From: Acidobacteriota bacterium
GTDB lineage: Bacteria > Acidobacteriota > Polarisedimenticolia > SMYD01
Direction of reading: 5' to 3'
Length of the DNA: 64,000 bases
Assembly: GCA_046757405.1 (NCBI GenBank)
Contig: JBHHYE010000010.1
Location: forward strand, 19,386 to 83,385
The notes under the pieces: model-generated
The model's database searches: none
Told to the model about the DNA's origin: nothing
The model's input: only the letters and a program-made list of their open reading frames with translations
Part shown: positions 29,801-40,479 of the stretch, piece by piece
Position numbering within the stretch: position 1 is the stretch's first letter
Layout: each line of letters opens with the position of its first letter
Program-made: the position numbers and the translations under genes

Positions 29801-30320
29801 CGGAGGCGCCTCGGTGGCCGTGGCGGGAATCATCACGGCCATTCGCAAGAGGAAGACGCGCAAGGGTGACTGGATGGCCCTGGTCACCCTGGAAGATCTG
29901 GAGGGAATCTGTGATGTGGTGGTCTTTCCCGATCTCCTGGAGAGAGCCAGGGCCCTGCTGCAGGAAGATGCCGCGGTTCTGGTGAGCGGACGGGCGGAAC
30001 ACCAGAATGGCGAGGAGCGTGGCCGGGTTGTGGCAGAAAGCTTCACCACCCTGGATCGAGTGCGTGACCGCAAGGCGGGGGCGGTGGCGATTTCCCTGCA
30101 AGCTCCGGGGCTCGACGAGGAAGTGCTCTTGAAACTTCGGGAGGCGCTCCAGGCCCATACGGGCCAGGTTCCGGTGGTCTTCCTGCTCACCAACCCGCCC
30201 ACTTTCAAGGCGGAGATGCGCCCTGTCCCGGAGATGAAAGTGGAACCGGGATCGGATCTGACGCGGGCTGTGGAGGCCGTTCTCGGCGCGGGCTGCCTGA
30301 AGCTGCGTCCGTCTCCCTGA
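26829..30320 (+). CDS. dnaE: DNA polymerase III alpha subunit
   Basis: PHP 'FVHLHNHSEYSLLDG', 'AITDHGNLFG', polymerase core 'GPGRGSAAGSLVAYCL', 'HAAGVVIA', OB and C-terminal domains; 1163 aa. Confidence 0.95.
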   Translation: MAQAPSFVHLHNHSEYSLLDGSCRLKALVRRAREFGQPAVAITDHGNLFGALKFYHLARRASVKPIIGMEAYLAVGSRRDRGQAGGAKSRKPYHHMILLARDYPGYKNLLKLSSVGYTEGFYYRPRIDREVLAKHAEGLIGTSGCLGGEIPQLLLAGRTADAERVCREFAEIFGDENFYIELQDQGLEEEREILPGLLSLSARTGVPLVATNDCHYLQAEDHFSHDVLICIQTGKTIDQPRSLRFTDQHYFKNTEEMRGRFAEWPEALENTLRIAERCDLILPDSGYQLPHFKVPEGRTPDDYFQAKVEEGFERRRETWERLRRAGVLRHDLADYRDRLETEMKCIIQMGFPGYFLIVWDLIRHARERGIPVGPGRGSAAGSLVAYCLHITDIDPLQYDLLFERFLNPERITMPDIDIDFCMKGRSEVIDYVTEKYGRDNVAQIITFGTMAARASIRDAGRGLNIPYARVDRIAKLVPAALDATIDKSLESVPELRELHSSEPEIKRLLEVARRLEGLPRHASTHAAGVVIAPAPITDFAPLYQVKEGERTTQFSMGDLESIGLLKMDFLGLKTLTLIAAVLASIEAGRGEQLDFSQLGLEDPATYDLFSRGATSGVFQFESDGMKDILRKLRPDRFEDLVALNALYRPGPLQGGLVDDFIKRRHGKVQVEYVVPELREILEETYGVIVYQEQVMKIASRIGGFSLGEADLLRRAMGKKKRQLLAAQRKRFLDGAAKRGLHRRQAETIFEQMEFFAGYGFNKSHSAAYALIAYRTAYLKAHYPVDFMAGLLTSECNHSDKLVAYLNECRDMGIAVRPPDINQSGKNFLAEEGAIRFGLSAVKNVGEAAVDAILAARQKRGPFRSLEALAREVDLRQVNRRVFEALVKSGCTDSIFAVRARLMAGLDGVLEAAQKAQKDQATGQASLFGAVGETPAPQEASLPACEPWTDHETLGFEKEALGFYLSGHPLEDYAREVKDFGTHTTADLRRGAGGASVAVAGIITAIRKRKTRKGDWMALVTLEDLEGICDVVVFPDLLERARALLQEDAAVLVSGRAEHQNGEERGRVVAESFTTLDRVRDRKAGAVAISLQAPGLDEEVLLKLREALQAHTGQVPVVFLLTNPPTFKAEMRPVPEMKVEPGSDLTRAVEAVLGAGCLKLRPSP

Positions 30321-30351
30321 AGAGGTGGAATGAGGCGCTGGCGCGCGCGCG

Positions 30352-30380
30352 TTGACACCCCCCTGCTCCGATGCTACTCT
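30352..30380 (+). promoter_or_regulatory. Sigma70-like promoter upstream of metK: TTGACA-17-TACTCT
   Basis: Consensus -35 at 30352-30357, 17-nt spacer; leaves a ~57-nt leader. Confidence 0.4.
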
Positions 30381-30443
30381 GCAGGACTCGGCCGGGGTTC
30401 CATCACACTCCAACGCTCTTAAACCGTCAGGGGATTCTCCAGC

Positions 30444-31592
30444 ATGCGCACGAAGGGTCGTTATCTTTTCACCTCCGAATCGGTCACCGAGGGGCATCCT
30501 GACAAGATCGCAGACCAGATTTCCGATGCGGTCCTGGATGCTGTTCTGACGGGGGACCCCTCCGGGCGGGTGGCGTGTGAAACCTTGGTGACCACGGGAC
30601 TGGCCGTGGTCTCCGGAGAGATCACCAGCAAGAACCCCATCGATATCCCGCGGATTGTCCGCGAGACCATTTGTGATGTCGGCTATACACGGGCCAAGTT
30701 CGGCTTCGATCACGAGACCTGTTCGGTGGTGGCCTGTCTGGACAGGCAGTCAGAAGATATTGCCCTCGGTGTGAATACCGGCGGGGCCGGCGATCAGGGG
30801 CTCATGTTCGGCTACGCCTGTGATGAGACGGAAGAGCTCATGCCGATGCCGATTCAGCTGGCGCATCGGCTGGTTCGCTCTCTGTCGGAGAATCGCCGGT
30901 CCAAGCGAATGCCCTACCTGCGTCCGGATGGCAAGTCCCAGGTGACGGTCGAATACGAGGGCCTGAAACCGGTGAGAGTGCATACCATTGTGGTTTCCAG
31001 CCAGCACGCGCCCGACGTCTCCAGGGAGCAGATACGCGAGGAGGTTCTCGCGCATGTGGTCCGCCCGTCCATTCCCGAGGGAATGCTGGACGGGAAGACC
31101 AGGGTCCTGGTCAACCCCACCGGGCGCTTCGTGCGCGGTGGCCCCCAGGGTGATTGCGGTTTGACTGGACGGAAGATCATCGTTGATACTTACGGGGGCG
31201 TGGCGCGCCATGGCGGTGGGGCCTTTTCCGGCAAGGATCCCACAAAGGTGGATCGGTCCGCTTCGTACATGGCGCGGCACATCGCCAAGACCATCGTCGC
31301 CGCCCGGCTCGCCGCCCGCGTCGAGGTGCAGCTCGCCTACGCCATTGGTGTTGCGGAGCCCGTATCGGTGATGGCGGATACTTTCGGGACCGGCCGGGTG
31401 GCGGAAGAGGCCATCGAGAGGGCTGTGATGGAGACCTTTGACCTGACGCCGGACGGTATCATTCGGTCCCTCGATCTGCGCCGGCCTATTTATCGAAAAA
31501 CAGCTGCTTTTGGCCATTTCGGCCGGACAGAACCGGAATTCACCTGGGAACGGACCGATCGCGCCGCATCGCTCACCAAGGACGTGCGGTAG
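30444..31592 (+). CDS. metK: S-adenosylmethionine synthetase
   Basis: '[21 protein letters not shown]', '[12 protein letters not shown]', '[16 protein letters not shown]'. Confidence 0.95.
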   Translation: MRTKGRYLFTSESVTEGHPDKIADQISDAVLDAVLTGDPSGRVACETLVTTGLAVVSGEITSKNPIDIPRIVRETICDVGYTRAKFGFDHETCSVVACLDRQSEDIALGVNTGGAGDQGLMFGYACDETEELMPMPIQLAHRLVRSLSENRRSKRMPYLRPDGKSQVTVEYEGLKPVRVHTIVVSSQHAPDVSREQIREEVLAHVVRPSIPEGMLDGKTRVLVNPTGRFVRGGPQGDCGLTGRKIIVDTYGGVARHGGGAFSGKDPTKVDRSASYMARHIAKTIVAARLAARVEVQLAYAIGVAEPVSVMADTFGTGRVAEEAIERAVMETFDLTPDGIIRSLDLRRPIYRKTAAFGHFGRTEPEFTWERTDRAASLTKDVR

Positions 31593-32870
<1,278 letters not shown>

Positions 32871-32930
32871 TCGGCTGGCCAAGAGGGTCCCCGAGGGAGT
32901 GAGCCAGCAAGCCCCACCCGGACGGCTCCC

Positions 32931-35900
32931 ATGAAGAACGTCTCCTCGCCGCGGCCGGGCGGGCGGCGACTCGTTCTAGGCGGCCTGGCCGTGGCGGCCA
33001 CGCTGGTCTGGTTCCTGGCGGGCTGGCGGCATGCCCCGCTGGACCGCTACCTGGTGAAGGATTCCTCCTGGCTGGCGGTCACGCCGCGGCGCTTGTCCCC
33101 GGGGTGGCACTGGTGCCCCCCGCCTTTCTTCACCGTGCGCACCTTCCCCGCCGAGGCCAGGATGACATCGTTCGCCACCGGGCTCACGGAGCCGTTTCTC
33201 CGGACGCCGGACGGGACATCGGTGGCCCTCATGGGGAACTTGACCTGGAGGGTGGACGAGTCTGGCCTGTCCCGGCTGGCGACCCAGGTGAGGGGGAACA
33301 TCGAAAAGGATCTTCTGGCACCGGCTCTCCGGGACGCGGTCCGGCAGCTCCTCCAGAGCTCCCGGCTACCGCACGCCGACCGGGAAGGAGAGGAGGCGGT
33401 TTTCCAGGAACTTGCCCCCCGCCTGGCCGCGGCAGGCCTGGCGCTGGTGAGCCTGAATCTGGACCGGGTGGGGACCGTGGCGGCGATTGCGGCCGCGGTC
33501 CAATCCGGTGGGGGAAAGCCGATCCCGGGTGCCCGGGTTCTCCTGGTGGGTTGGGATGGCGCCGACTGGAATATTCTCGACCCGCTGCTCGAAAAAGGCG
33601 AGCTTCCCCACCTGGCGCATCTCATCGAAGCAGGAGCCAGGGCCCGGCTCAAGACGGTCGCCCCTGTCCTGTCGCCGGTGATCTGGACCTCCATCGCCAC
33701 GGGCGTCCGCCCGGAAAAGCACGGGATTGTCGACTTCGTGGCGGTGGACCCGAAAACCGGCCGGCAGGTCCCGGTGACCAGCAATCTACGGCGAGTCCCG
33801 GCCCTGTGGAATCTGGTCAGCGAGCGGGGACTTCAGGTCGGCATGATCGCCTGGTGGGCCACCTGGCCCGCCGAGCAGGTCCGCGGCTATCTGGTCAGCG
33901 ACCGCATTGCCTATCAGCTCTTCGGTCTTGGCGAACGGCTGCCGGATAGCCCGGAGGGAAAGACCTGGCCCCCCGGCCTGATCGATGAGATCCGTCCGTT
34001 GATCGAACGGCCGGAGGAGGTGAATGACGACGAGGTGCGAAGGTTCGCGAACCTCCCCGCCGATCAGAAGGATCTTTCACCAGCAGACCTGGAGTTGCTC
34101 TCGCAGTTCAAGGTGGTTCTGGCGGCGACCGACACGTATGAGAAGATCGCGTTGCGGCTGGCGAACCGTGATCACCCGGCGCTGCGCAGCGTGTACTTCG
34201 AGGCCAGCGATACCGCGGCGCACCTCTTCATGCCCTTTCGTTCCCCCCGGCGCGCCGGGGTCGATCCGGACCGATTCGCCATCTGGCGAGAGAGCGTGGA
34301 TGCGGTGTACCGGCATTTGGACGAGATCCTGGGGCGCCTCCTGCGCACCGTGGATGAGAAAACCACGGTCCTGGTCGTCAGCGATCACGGTTTCCGCTCG
34401 GGAGACAACCGGCTGACAGGGGACGCGCGGATCGGCGCGGGTCGGGCCGCCGAATGGCATCGAAAATACGGTGTCCTGGTGGTTTCCGGGCCGGGCGCCC
34501 GGGCGGGCGCTCGGCTCACGGAGGCATCGGTGGTGGACATCGCGCCCACCATCCTGGCTCTTCTGGGCCTGCCGATCCCGCAGGCCATGGACGGGACGAT
34601 CCTGGAAGGCGCCCTGAGCCAGGACTTTCTCGAGGCCCATCCGCCGTTCCATCAAGGAGGCGCCTTCCTCGAGGTCGATGCCTCACAGCCGATTCCCTCA
34701 GCCTCGGACCGGGAGCGGCTCCGTCGCCTGGAATCACTGGGCTACATCACACCGGCCACGGTGGGAAGTCTCCAACAGGAGGAGAGCACCGCTTACAACA
34801 ACCGGGGAACCATCTTGCTCTCGGAAGGCAAGACGCAGGAGGCCATTGCCGAGCTGCGGAAAGGGCTCCAGCGAGCTCCTGCCGCGATCGGCCTGCGGCT
34901 CAACCTCGCCCGCGCCCTGCGGGGCGCCGGACGCGATGAGGAGGCACTGGAGGTGCTGCAGCCCGCGCTGTCGGGAGCAACAACCGAATCTTGGATGGCG
35001 GAGAATTTTGCGGGCAATATTTACATGGACCGCGGTCAGCTGGATCAAGCCGAGAGACATTTTCAAGCTGCCCTGAAGCTGGAACCGAACTCCGCTCCCG
35101 TTTTTCTCAGCCTCGGACTCTTGTGGGAAAAACGCGGCCAGCCGGGGAAGGCCCTGGAGGAGTACCGCAAGGTGAGCCGGATGGATCCCGATTCCGCGGA
35201 GGCTTTCAACAACATCGGGAACATCTATCGGGCCCAGGCGCTGCAGGCCCGGGGGCGTGGTAAAGAGTCGGAAGCCGCCACCCTGTTCCAGGATGCGGAG
35301 AACGCCTACCGGGCCGGGCTCCAGGCGGATCCCGACTTCATCGGGACCTATAATAATCTGGCCCTGGTATACCAGGACACAGGACGCAACGATGAGGCGA
35401 TGGACCTCTACCGCCGCGCCCTGGATCGGTCGCCCGATCAGGCGGTGGTCCACAATAACCTGGGGAGTCTGTATTTTCAGGCTGGGCGCCTGAAGCTGGC
35501 CCGCATCGAATTTGAAAAAGCCATCCAGACCCGGCCGGACTACGAGTCAGCCTACAATAACCTGGGCGCGGTTCTCGGCCGCCTTGGAGAAACCGAACAG
35601 GAGCTGGCTGCCTACCAGAAGGCGGTGGAACTCGACCCTGGGTATGCCGACGCTTACCACAACCTGGGGCTGGTCTACCTGCGCGGCGGCGAGGATGAGG
35701 CCGCTGAGAAAAACCTCAAGCGTGCCACCCAACTCAACCCCGAAGATCTCTCCGCCTTCGCGGCTCTGGGGAGTTTCTACCTCGATCACGGTCAGTCCAT
35801 GAAGGCGGTGGCGATGTTCAACGCCGCACTGGCCATCAACCCCGACCTCTACGTCCTGCGCAACCAGCTGGCGGAGGCCTATCTCGCCGCGGGCAAGCGC

Positions 35901-35990
35901 AAGGAAGGGATCGCGGAATTCCAGCGTTCCCTCGCGACGCAGCCGGACCAGCCGACCGTGCGGGAGCGGCTTGATTCCCTCGGGGCTTGA
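32931..35990 (+). CDS. Multidomain protein: N-terminal TM + SPFH/band-7-like region, central type-I phosphodiesterase/nucleotide pyrophosphatase (alkaline-phosphatase superfamily) domain, C-terminal TPR array
   Basis: 'LLVGWDGADWNILDP..SPVIWTSIATGVRPEKHGI', 'VLVVSDHGF' (AlkP-superfamily metal ligands); 10 or more TPR repeats from ~aa 640 ('YNNRGTILLSEGKTQEAIAELRKGL'..). Confidence 0.65.
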   Translation: MKNVSSPRPGGRRLVLGGLAVAATLVWFLAGWRHAPLDRYLVKDSSWLAVTPRRLSPGWHWCPPPFFTVRTFPAEARMTSFATGLTEPFLRTPDGTSVALMGNLTWRVDESGLSRLATQVRGNIEKDLLAPALRDAVRQLLQSSRLPHADREGEEAVFQELAPRLAAAGLALVSLNLDRVGTVAAIAAAVQSGGGKPIPGARVLLVGWDGADWNILDPLLEKGELPHLAHLIEAGARARLKTVAPVLSPVIWTSIATGVRPEKHGIVDFVAVDPKTGRQVPVTSNLRRVPALWNLVSERGLQVGMIAWWATWPAEQVRGYLVSDRIAYQLFGLGERLPDSPEGKTWPPGLIDEIRPLIERPEEVNDDEVRRFANLPADQKDLSPADLELLSQFKVVLAATDTYEKIALRLANRDHPALRSVYFEASDTAAHLFMPFRSPRRAGVDPDRFAIWRESVDAVYRHLDEILGRLLRTVDEKTTVLVVSDHGFRSGDNRLTGDARIGAGRAAEWHRKYGVLVVSGPGARAGARLTEASVVDIAPTILALLGLPIPQAMDGTILEGALSQDFLEAHPPFHQGGAFLEVDASQPIPSASDRERLRRLESLGYITPATVGSLQQEESTAYNNRGTILLSEGKTQEAIAELRKGLQRAPAAIGLRLNLARALRGAGRDEEALEVLQPALSGATTESWMAENFAGNIYMDRGQLDQAERHFQAALKLEPNSAPVFLSLGLLWEKRGQPGKALEEYRKVSRMDPDSAEAFNNIGNIYRAQALQARGRGKESEAATLFQDAENAYRAGLQADPDFIGTYNNLALVYQDTGRNDEAMDLYRRALDRSPDQAVVHNNLGSLYFQAGRLKLARIEFEKAIQTRPDYESAYNNLGAVLGRLGETEQELAAYQKAVELDPGYADAYHNLGLVYLRGGEDEAAEKNLKRATQLNPEDLSAFAALGSFYLDHGQSMKAVAMFNAALAINPDLYVLRNQLAEAYLAAGKRKEGIAEFQRSLATQPDQPTVRERLDSLGA

Positions 35991-35999
35991 CCTTGGTTT

Positions 36000-38384
36000 T
36001 CAGGTCCGGACATGCAGAATCAGGTAGATGCCCAGCCCGCCAAAGAAGATGTTCGGCGCCCAGGCGGCCAGCAGGGGAGGGAGAATCTCCGCTGTTCCGA
36101 GCGCGTTGAAGACGGCGAGCGCCGCCCAGTAGACAACCGTCAGGCCGATGGAAAGGCCGATGCCGAACAGGGAGCCCCGGGAGCCGACCATGAACGAGAA
36201 CGGAAACCCCAGCAACACCATGAAGAATGGGATGATGGGGAAGGAAACCTTTCTCGCCAGGGCCACTCGGAGGCTGGTGGTCTCGTAGCCGCGCCGTGCA
36301 AGATCACGGATGTAGTTCCGTTGATCGTGGTAAGACATCTGGTCTGGTTCCCTCTGGATGCCCCAGAGGAGAACGGTATCTTCATTCTGAAAGAAAGCGG
36401 GTGTCACACCGAGGTTGACCTCCCGCCGCTGGAAAACGTTCACATCCGAGCCGTCCGGCGTGAAGACCCGTTCCCATCCGTCCTGGAAGATCCAGGAGTG
36501 GCCGTCGTACCGGGCGCGCGCGGCCTCGATCCGGGTTCGAAGAGCGAACGTCACCGGGTCCAGCTGGTGAATGCTGAGGCCCTGGAGAACTCCTATCTTG
36601 GGTGACCCTCCTTCGAAGTGGTAAAGACGGTCGCCGTCACCCATGACCCAACGGTGCCGGGGGTTCTGATTGCGGGGCGACCGTCCGGCAATGCGGTCGC
36701 GCAGCGACTCAGCCACCCGGTTGCTGGTTGGAAGAACCTTGTCTTGCAGAAAGTAGCCAAAGGCGCAGATGAGAAGGGTCACCGTCAGAAGGGGAAGGAG
36801 AAGGCGGTAGATGCTCACACCCGCGGCCTTGACGGCGGTGTCCTCGCGGCCCCTGGCCATGAGTCCCAGGGCCACCAGAGTGCCGACCAGACAGGCCACG
36901 GGAAGAATGGTGGTGGTCATCCGGGGGACGAGGAAAACGAGATACTTGATGATCAGATGCAGCGGGACAGTGCGATACATCATGTCCTGAACGAGGGAAC
37001 GGAATTCCACCAGGAGAAAGACCATATAGACGGTCAGAAGAACGAAGAGAAAGACGCGAAAGAAGATCGAAATCAGATGGAGATCGATCAAGAGGGGGAA
37101 GCGAGGCGCGGCATCGAGCCGGCGGGACGGGGGACTGTCGCGCAGGGGACGAGGGGGGGGCACGCGACGCCGTGCCGGCTGCCACTCGCGGATCTTTTGC
37201 CAGAGCCGGGCTGTCAGCCCGAGCGCTGCCGTATGGAAGAGCCACTGTCTGCCGCCGCGGTAAAACATGAGAAGAAGGGCGAGCGCCAGAAAGACCATAT
37301 TCGGGAGCCAGAGGGCGAGAACGGCGTCCATGCGGCCGTTTTGCGCCAGATCATGGAGCACGGAATAGGAGACCCAGTAAACCAGGACGATGGCCAGGCT
37401 CAGCGCAAAGCCGGAGGCCTTGCTACCGCGGCGGTTGACGACTCCCAGGGGAAGACCGAGGAGGGCGAAGATGATGGCCGCCGCGGGGAGCGCGAAGCGC
37501 TCGTGAAGGTGCGTTCGCGCCAGGGCCACGCGGATTCTCCGGGCCACCGGGTTGGGATCTTGGCGTGACAGCTGAATCTCGCGCATCAGCTGGGTCGTGG
37601 ACATCTCGCGGTGGTTCCGCTGGAGGTTGCGCGAGAATGCCCGGATATAGGCCGGCGGTTCTCGGCTTTCCTGATAGGTGTTGAAGGTGATCACCGAGTA
37701 ATCTTTCGGGCCGGCATCAAAGCGCCGGGTGTGAGTGCTGCCGTCCTCGAGAAAGAGATTCACGCGGCCTGTTTTCTGGTCAAAACTCATCTCGCCGCGG
37801 CGGGCCACGGTGATGCGCTCGCTTTCACCCGTGGGATCTTTCTCGTAGATGAAAACCCGCTGGAGACCGCCCGTCTCCGGCTCGCGGGCATCGTAGTAAA
37901 GGAGAAGGCCTGGGATGGATTCGTGAAAGATGCGCGGGCCGATTCGATCGGTATTGACATAGCGCGAGAGGTAGACCTCGCGTTTCATGAGATGATGCAG
38001 ATAGGTGCCCTGGGGCGCCACCACGGCGATGAAATAGAAGGAAATGGCCGTGCCCAGGAGACCCAGGAGGAAAGGCGCCAGGAAAAGGCGGCGAAAGCGG
38101 ACCCCGGCGGCCTGCATGGCCAGGAGCTCTGAATCGGACGAGAGGCGGCCGACGCCGATGAGAGTGCCCAGGAGGATGGACATGGGCAGGCTCACCACCA
38201 GGAGCTGCGGCAGCTGGTAATAAAGGAGACGCAGGATGACTCCCAGGGCCAGCTGGTTCTCGACGGCCTCCCGGGCCACCTCGAAGAGGACCGTCATGAA
38301 GAGAAGAAAGATGTAGAGGGCGAGACTGAGGATGGACGGACCGAGAATTTCCCGGAAAATGTAGGAATCGAGTCGTTTGAGCAT
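36000..38384 (-). CDS. lptFG: Fused LptF-LptG lipopolysaccharide export permease (YjgP/YjgQ family), single ORF
   Basis: Start ATG 38384 ('MLKRLDSYIFREILGP', LptF-like N-terminus). Two complete 6-TM YjgP/YjgQ modules joined by a Pro/Arg-rich linker; second module begins 'RFPLLIDLHLISIFFRVF' with no internal start or stop. Confidence 0.7.
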   Translation of the reverse strand: MLKRLDSYIFREILGPSILSLALYIFLLFMTVLFEVAREAVENQLALGVILRLLYYQLPQLLVVSLPMSILLGTLIGVGRLSSDSELLAMQAAGVRFRRLFLAPFLLGLLGTAISFYFIAVVAPQGTYLHHLMKREVYLSRYVNTDRIGPRIFHESIPGLLLYYDAREPETGGLQRVFIYEKDPTGESERITVARRGEMSFDQKTGRVNLFLEDGSTHTRRFDAGPKDYSVITFNTYQESREPPAYIRAFSRNLQRNHREMSTTQLMREIQLSRQDPNPVARRIRVALARTHLHERFALPAAAIIFALLGLPLGVVNRRGSKASGFALSLAIVLVYWVSYSVLHDLAQNGRMDAVLALWLPNMVFLALALLLMFYRGGRQWLFHTAALGLTARLWQKIREWQPARRRVPPPRPLRDSPPSRRLDAAPRFPLLIDLHLISIFFRVFLFVLLTVYMVFLLVEFRSLVQDMMYRTVPLHLIIKYLVFLVPRMTTTILPVACLVGTLVALGLMARGREDTAVKAAGVSIYRLLLPLLTVTLLICAFGYFLQDKVLPTSNRVAESLRDRIAGRSPRNQNPRHRWVMGDGDRLYHFEGGSPKIGVLQGLSIHQLDPVTFALRTRIEAARARYDGHSWIFQDGWERVFTPDGSDVNVFQRREVNLGVTPAFFQNEDTVLLWGIQREPDQMSYHDQRNYIRDLARRGYETTSLRVALARKVSFPIIPFFMVLLGFPFSFMVGSRGSLFGIGLSIGLTVVYWAALAVFNALGTAEILPPLLAAWAPNIFFGGLGIYLILHVRT

Positions 38385-38479
38385 GGAAACTGATGATATC
38401 CGGCAGGTGCGGCCGGAACAAACCACCAGGGTTGTTTGTCCGCCGACCGGTTATTCCCAATGTCCGATAACGTATATTA

Positions 38480-38485
38480 TGTCAA
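38480..38485 (-). promoter_or_regulatory. AT-rich patch with consensus TTGACA -35 hexamer upstream of lptFG
   Basis: Only AT-rich island in the parB-lptFG spacer ('aagTTGACAtaatatacg'); no clean -10 found at 16-18 nt. Confidence 0.25.
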
Positions 38486-38713
38486 CTTATGTTCAGGAGA
38501 AGAGGCCCGGCAACCCCCGATTCCCGGTCGATCCATTCCACGACTTCGTCCGAGATCGGTTCCCGGCCCAGGTCCCCGCGGGCCGGAGCCGGCTCCTCCT
38601 ACCGGCGCGCACCAATTCCCGTCTCCCGGTGCCTGCCTCTTCCCGCCGGAGAGAAAACCATCAGAAGAGGACAGTTCAAGCATTTCCTCAGGTGTCGGCC
38701 TGCCGACATCAGC

Positions 38714-39595
38714 TCAGGAACCGCTTTCGATCTCCGAGCGGAGCTCATCGAGAATGTCCTGGAGCGCCTGGATGAGCTCCTTGCGGTCGACGGTTTCACG
38801 TTCCGCGAATCTGAGGGTCAAGGAGTAGGGGCGATCCGCCGTTTTGAAGCGGAAGGTATAGCCGGATGTAGAGGCGCCTCCCCCGGCGGGCCGGCTGGAC
38901 GCTCCCCTTCCAGAGGGCTTTCTCTCACCTGGCCGGAGGAGTTTCCGGAGATCGTCGCGGCTCAACTGCTCCTTGACGATGGTCTCCACCATCTGTTCCA
39001 TGGCGGTTTCATCAGGAAGCCGGCTGATCTCGAGCAGAATGGAACGACTCAAGATATTGGCGCGGCGGGCCAGCCTGCGAATGCTGGCGGGGACCGTGGA
39101 CAGGGAGAGGCTCTCCGTGATGGACGTTCGGGATCGCCCGAGCTTTCTGGCAATTTCCTCGTGGGTGAAGTGGAATCTTTGCTGCAGCTGGAGGAGCGCA
39201 TCGGCCTCCTCGAAGGCGGTCAAGTCCCGCCGCTGGATATTCTCGACCAGGGAGATTTCCAGACAGCCCCGCTCATCGGCCTCCACCTCGATACAGGGGA
39301 TCCGTGTCAGGCCGGCCTTGCAGGCCGCCCGGTAACGGCGTTCTCCGGCGATGATCTCGAAACGGTCTCCCTTGGGGCGCACGAGAATCGGCTCGAGGAT
39401 CCCCTTCTCTTGAATAGAGGCGACCAGCTCCTGGATGCCGGAGAATTCCCGCCGGGGCTGATTGGGGCCGGGATCGACCAGGTCCAGGGGGATCTGCCGC
39501 CCGATGGTTCTTTCGGGACGAGAGGTGAGATGGTCCACGTAATGCTCGTCATGTCGCATTCTCTTGGTATCGGGCAGTCCTCTGAGCTTAGCCAC
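38714..39595 (-). CDS. parB: Chromosome partitioning protein ParB/Spo0J
   Basis: GTG start; 'ILEPILVRP..FEIIAGERRYRAA', HTH 'THEEIARKLGRSRTSI'. Confidence 0.9.
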   Translation of the reverse strand: MAKLRGLPDTKRMRHDEHYVDHLTSRPERTIGRQIPLDLVDPGPNQPRREFSGIQELVASIQEKGILEPILVRPKGDRFEIIAGERRYRAACKAGLTRIPCIEVEADERGCLEISLVENIQRRDLTAFEEADALLQLQQRFHFTHEEIARKLGRSRTSITESLSLSTVPASIRRLARRANILSRSILLEISRLPDETAMEQMVETIVKEQLSRDDLRKLLRPGERKPSGRGASSRPAGGGASTSGYTFRFKTADRPYSLTLRFAERETVDRKELIQALQDILDELRSEIESGS

Positions 39596-40343
39596 GGGTG
39601 ATGACCTCCTCGGAGAGCTTGTAGTACTCCATGGCGCCGGTGGAGTTGGGAGCGAATGTGAAGATCGATTGCTTGTACGCGGGGCTCTCCTCGAGCCGCA
39701 CGTTCTTGGAAATCACCGTCTGGAAGACCTTCTCCTTGAACACTTCCTGAATGCGCTTGCGGATGTCCCGTCCCAGCACGGTCCGGCGGTCATGCAGAGT
39801 GATGACCACGCCGAGGATCTCCAGGGCAGGGTTCGGCCGCTGGCGGATCTTGTCGATAGTCTCCAGAAGGTCGTCGGTTCCCTCCAGGGCGTAATAGGAC
39901 GACTGAATCGGAATGATCGTATGGGTGGAGGCCACCAGGGCATTCACCGTCAGGAGCCCTAGGGTCGGAGGGGTGTCGATGACGATGTGATCGTAGTCGG
40001 GAACGACCGACTCCAGGCGATCCTTGAGCCGGAAGTGGCCGTCGAATTCCGCCACCATGCGGCTCTCGAACTTGGCCAGGGAAATGCGAGCGGGAGCCAG
40101 ATCCAGGTAGAGGATCGGCGTTTTCCGGATCACCTGGCGCAGGTTCTTCTCGGGTTCGGTCAGCGCTTCGTAAACTGAGGTCTCGATTTCCTCCAGATCC
40201 AGGTAAGAAAGCGTGCAGTTCGCCTGGGGATCGAGATCAACGAGCAACGTCTTGAGGCCGCGCTGTGCGATGGCGGCGGCAAGGTTAATCGCTGTTGTCG
40301 TCTTACCGACACCACCCTTCTGATTGGCAATCGTGAGGATCAT
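39588..40343 (-). CDS. parA: Chromosome partitioning ATPase ParA/Soj
   Basis: Start at 'MILTIANQKGGVGKTTT' (deviant Walker A). My direct line count put the start 1 nt higher than the ORF-track coordinates (the two disagree by 1 nt in this region); the ORF-track value is reported. Confidence 0.85.
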   Translation of the reverse strand: MILTIANQKGGVGKTTTAINLAAAIAQRGLKTLLVDLDPQANCTLSYLDLEEIETSVYEALTEPEKNLRQVIRKTPILYLDLAPARISLAKFESRMVAEFDGHFRLKDRLESVVPDYDHIVIDTPPTLGLLTVNALVASTHTIIPIQSSYYALEGTDDLLETIDKIRQRPNPALEILGVVITLHDRRTVLGRDIRKRIQEVFKEKVFQTVISKNVRLEESPAYKQSIFTFAPNSTGAMEYYKLSEEVITRG

Positions 40344-40413
40344 GCGAGGGAACGGCCCCGGCGGTCGAAGTGGGAGACGCACATCAACGACGCCTCTTTT
40401 TCCGGAACGGGTA

Positions 40414-40442
40414 TCTTACGGGGGGTTCAGACCAGTGTCAAG
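40414..40442 (-). promoter_or_regulatory. Sigma70-like promoter for parAB: TTGACA-17-TAAGAT
   Basis: Minus-strand consensus -35 (plus 40437-40442) and TAAGAT (plus 40414-40419); 17-nt spacer. Confidence 0.4.
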
Positions 40443-40479
40443 CTCGGGATACCAGCAGGATACGGACCACTCCCCCGCG

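Noticed and set aside
38686-38708. Short inverted repeat 'TGTCGGC-CT-GCCGACA' just after the parB stop
   Set aside because: The loop of 2 nt is sterically implausible for a terminator hairpin and there is no downstream U tract; likely coincidental.
38489-39601. 370-aa plus-strand ORF over parB
   Set aside because: Antisense to ParB (clear HTH and ParB-box motifs on the minus strand).
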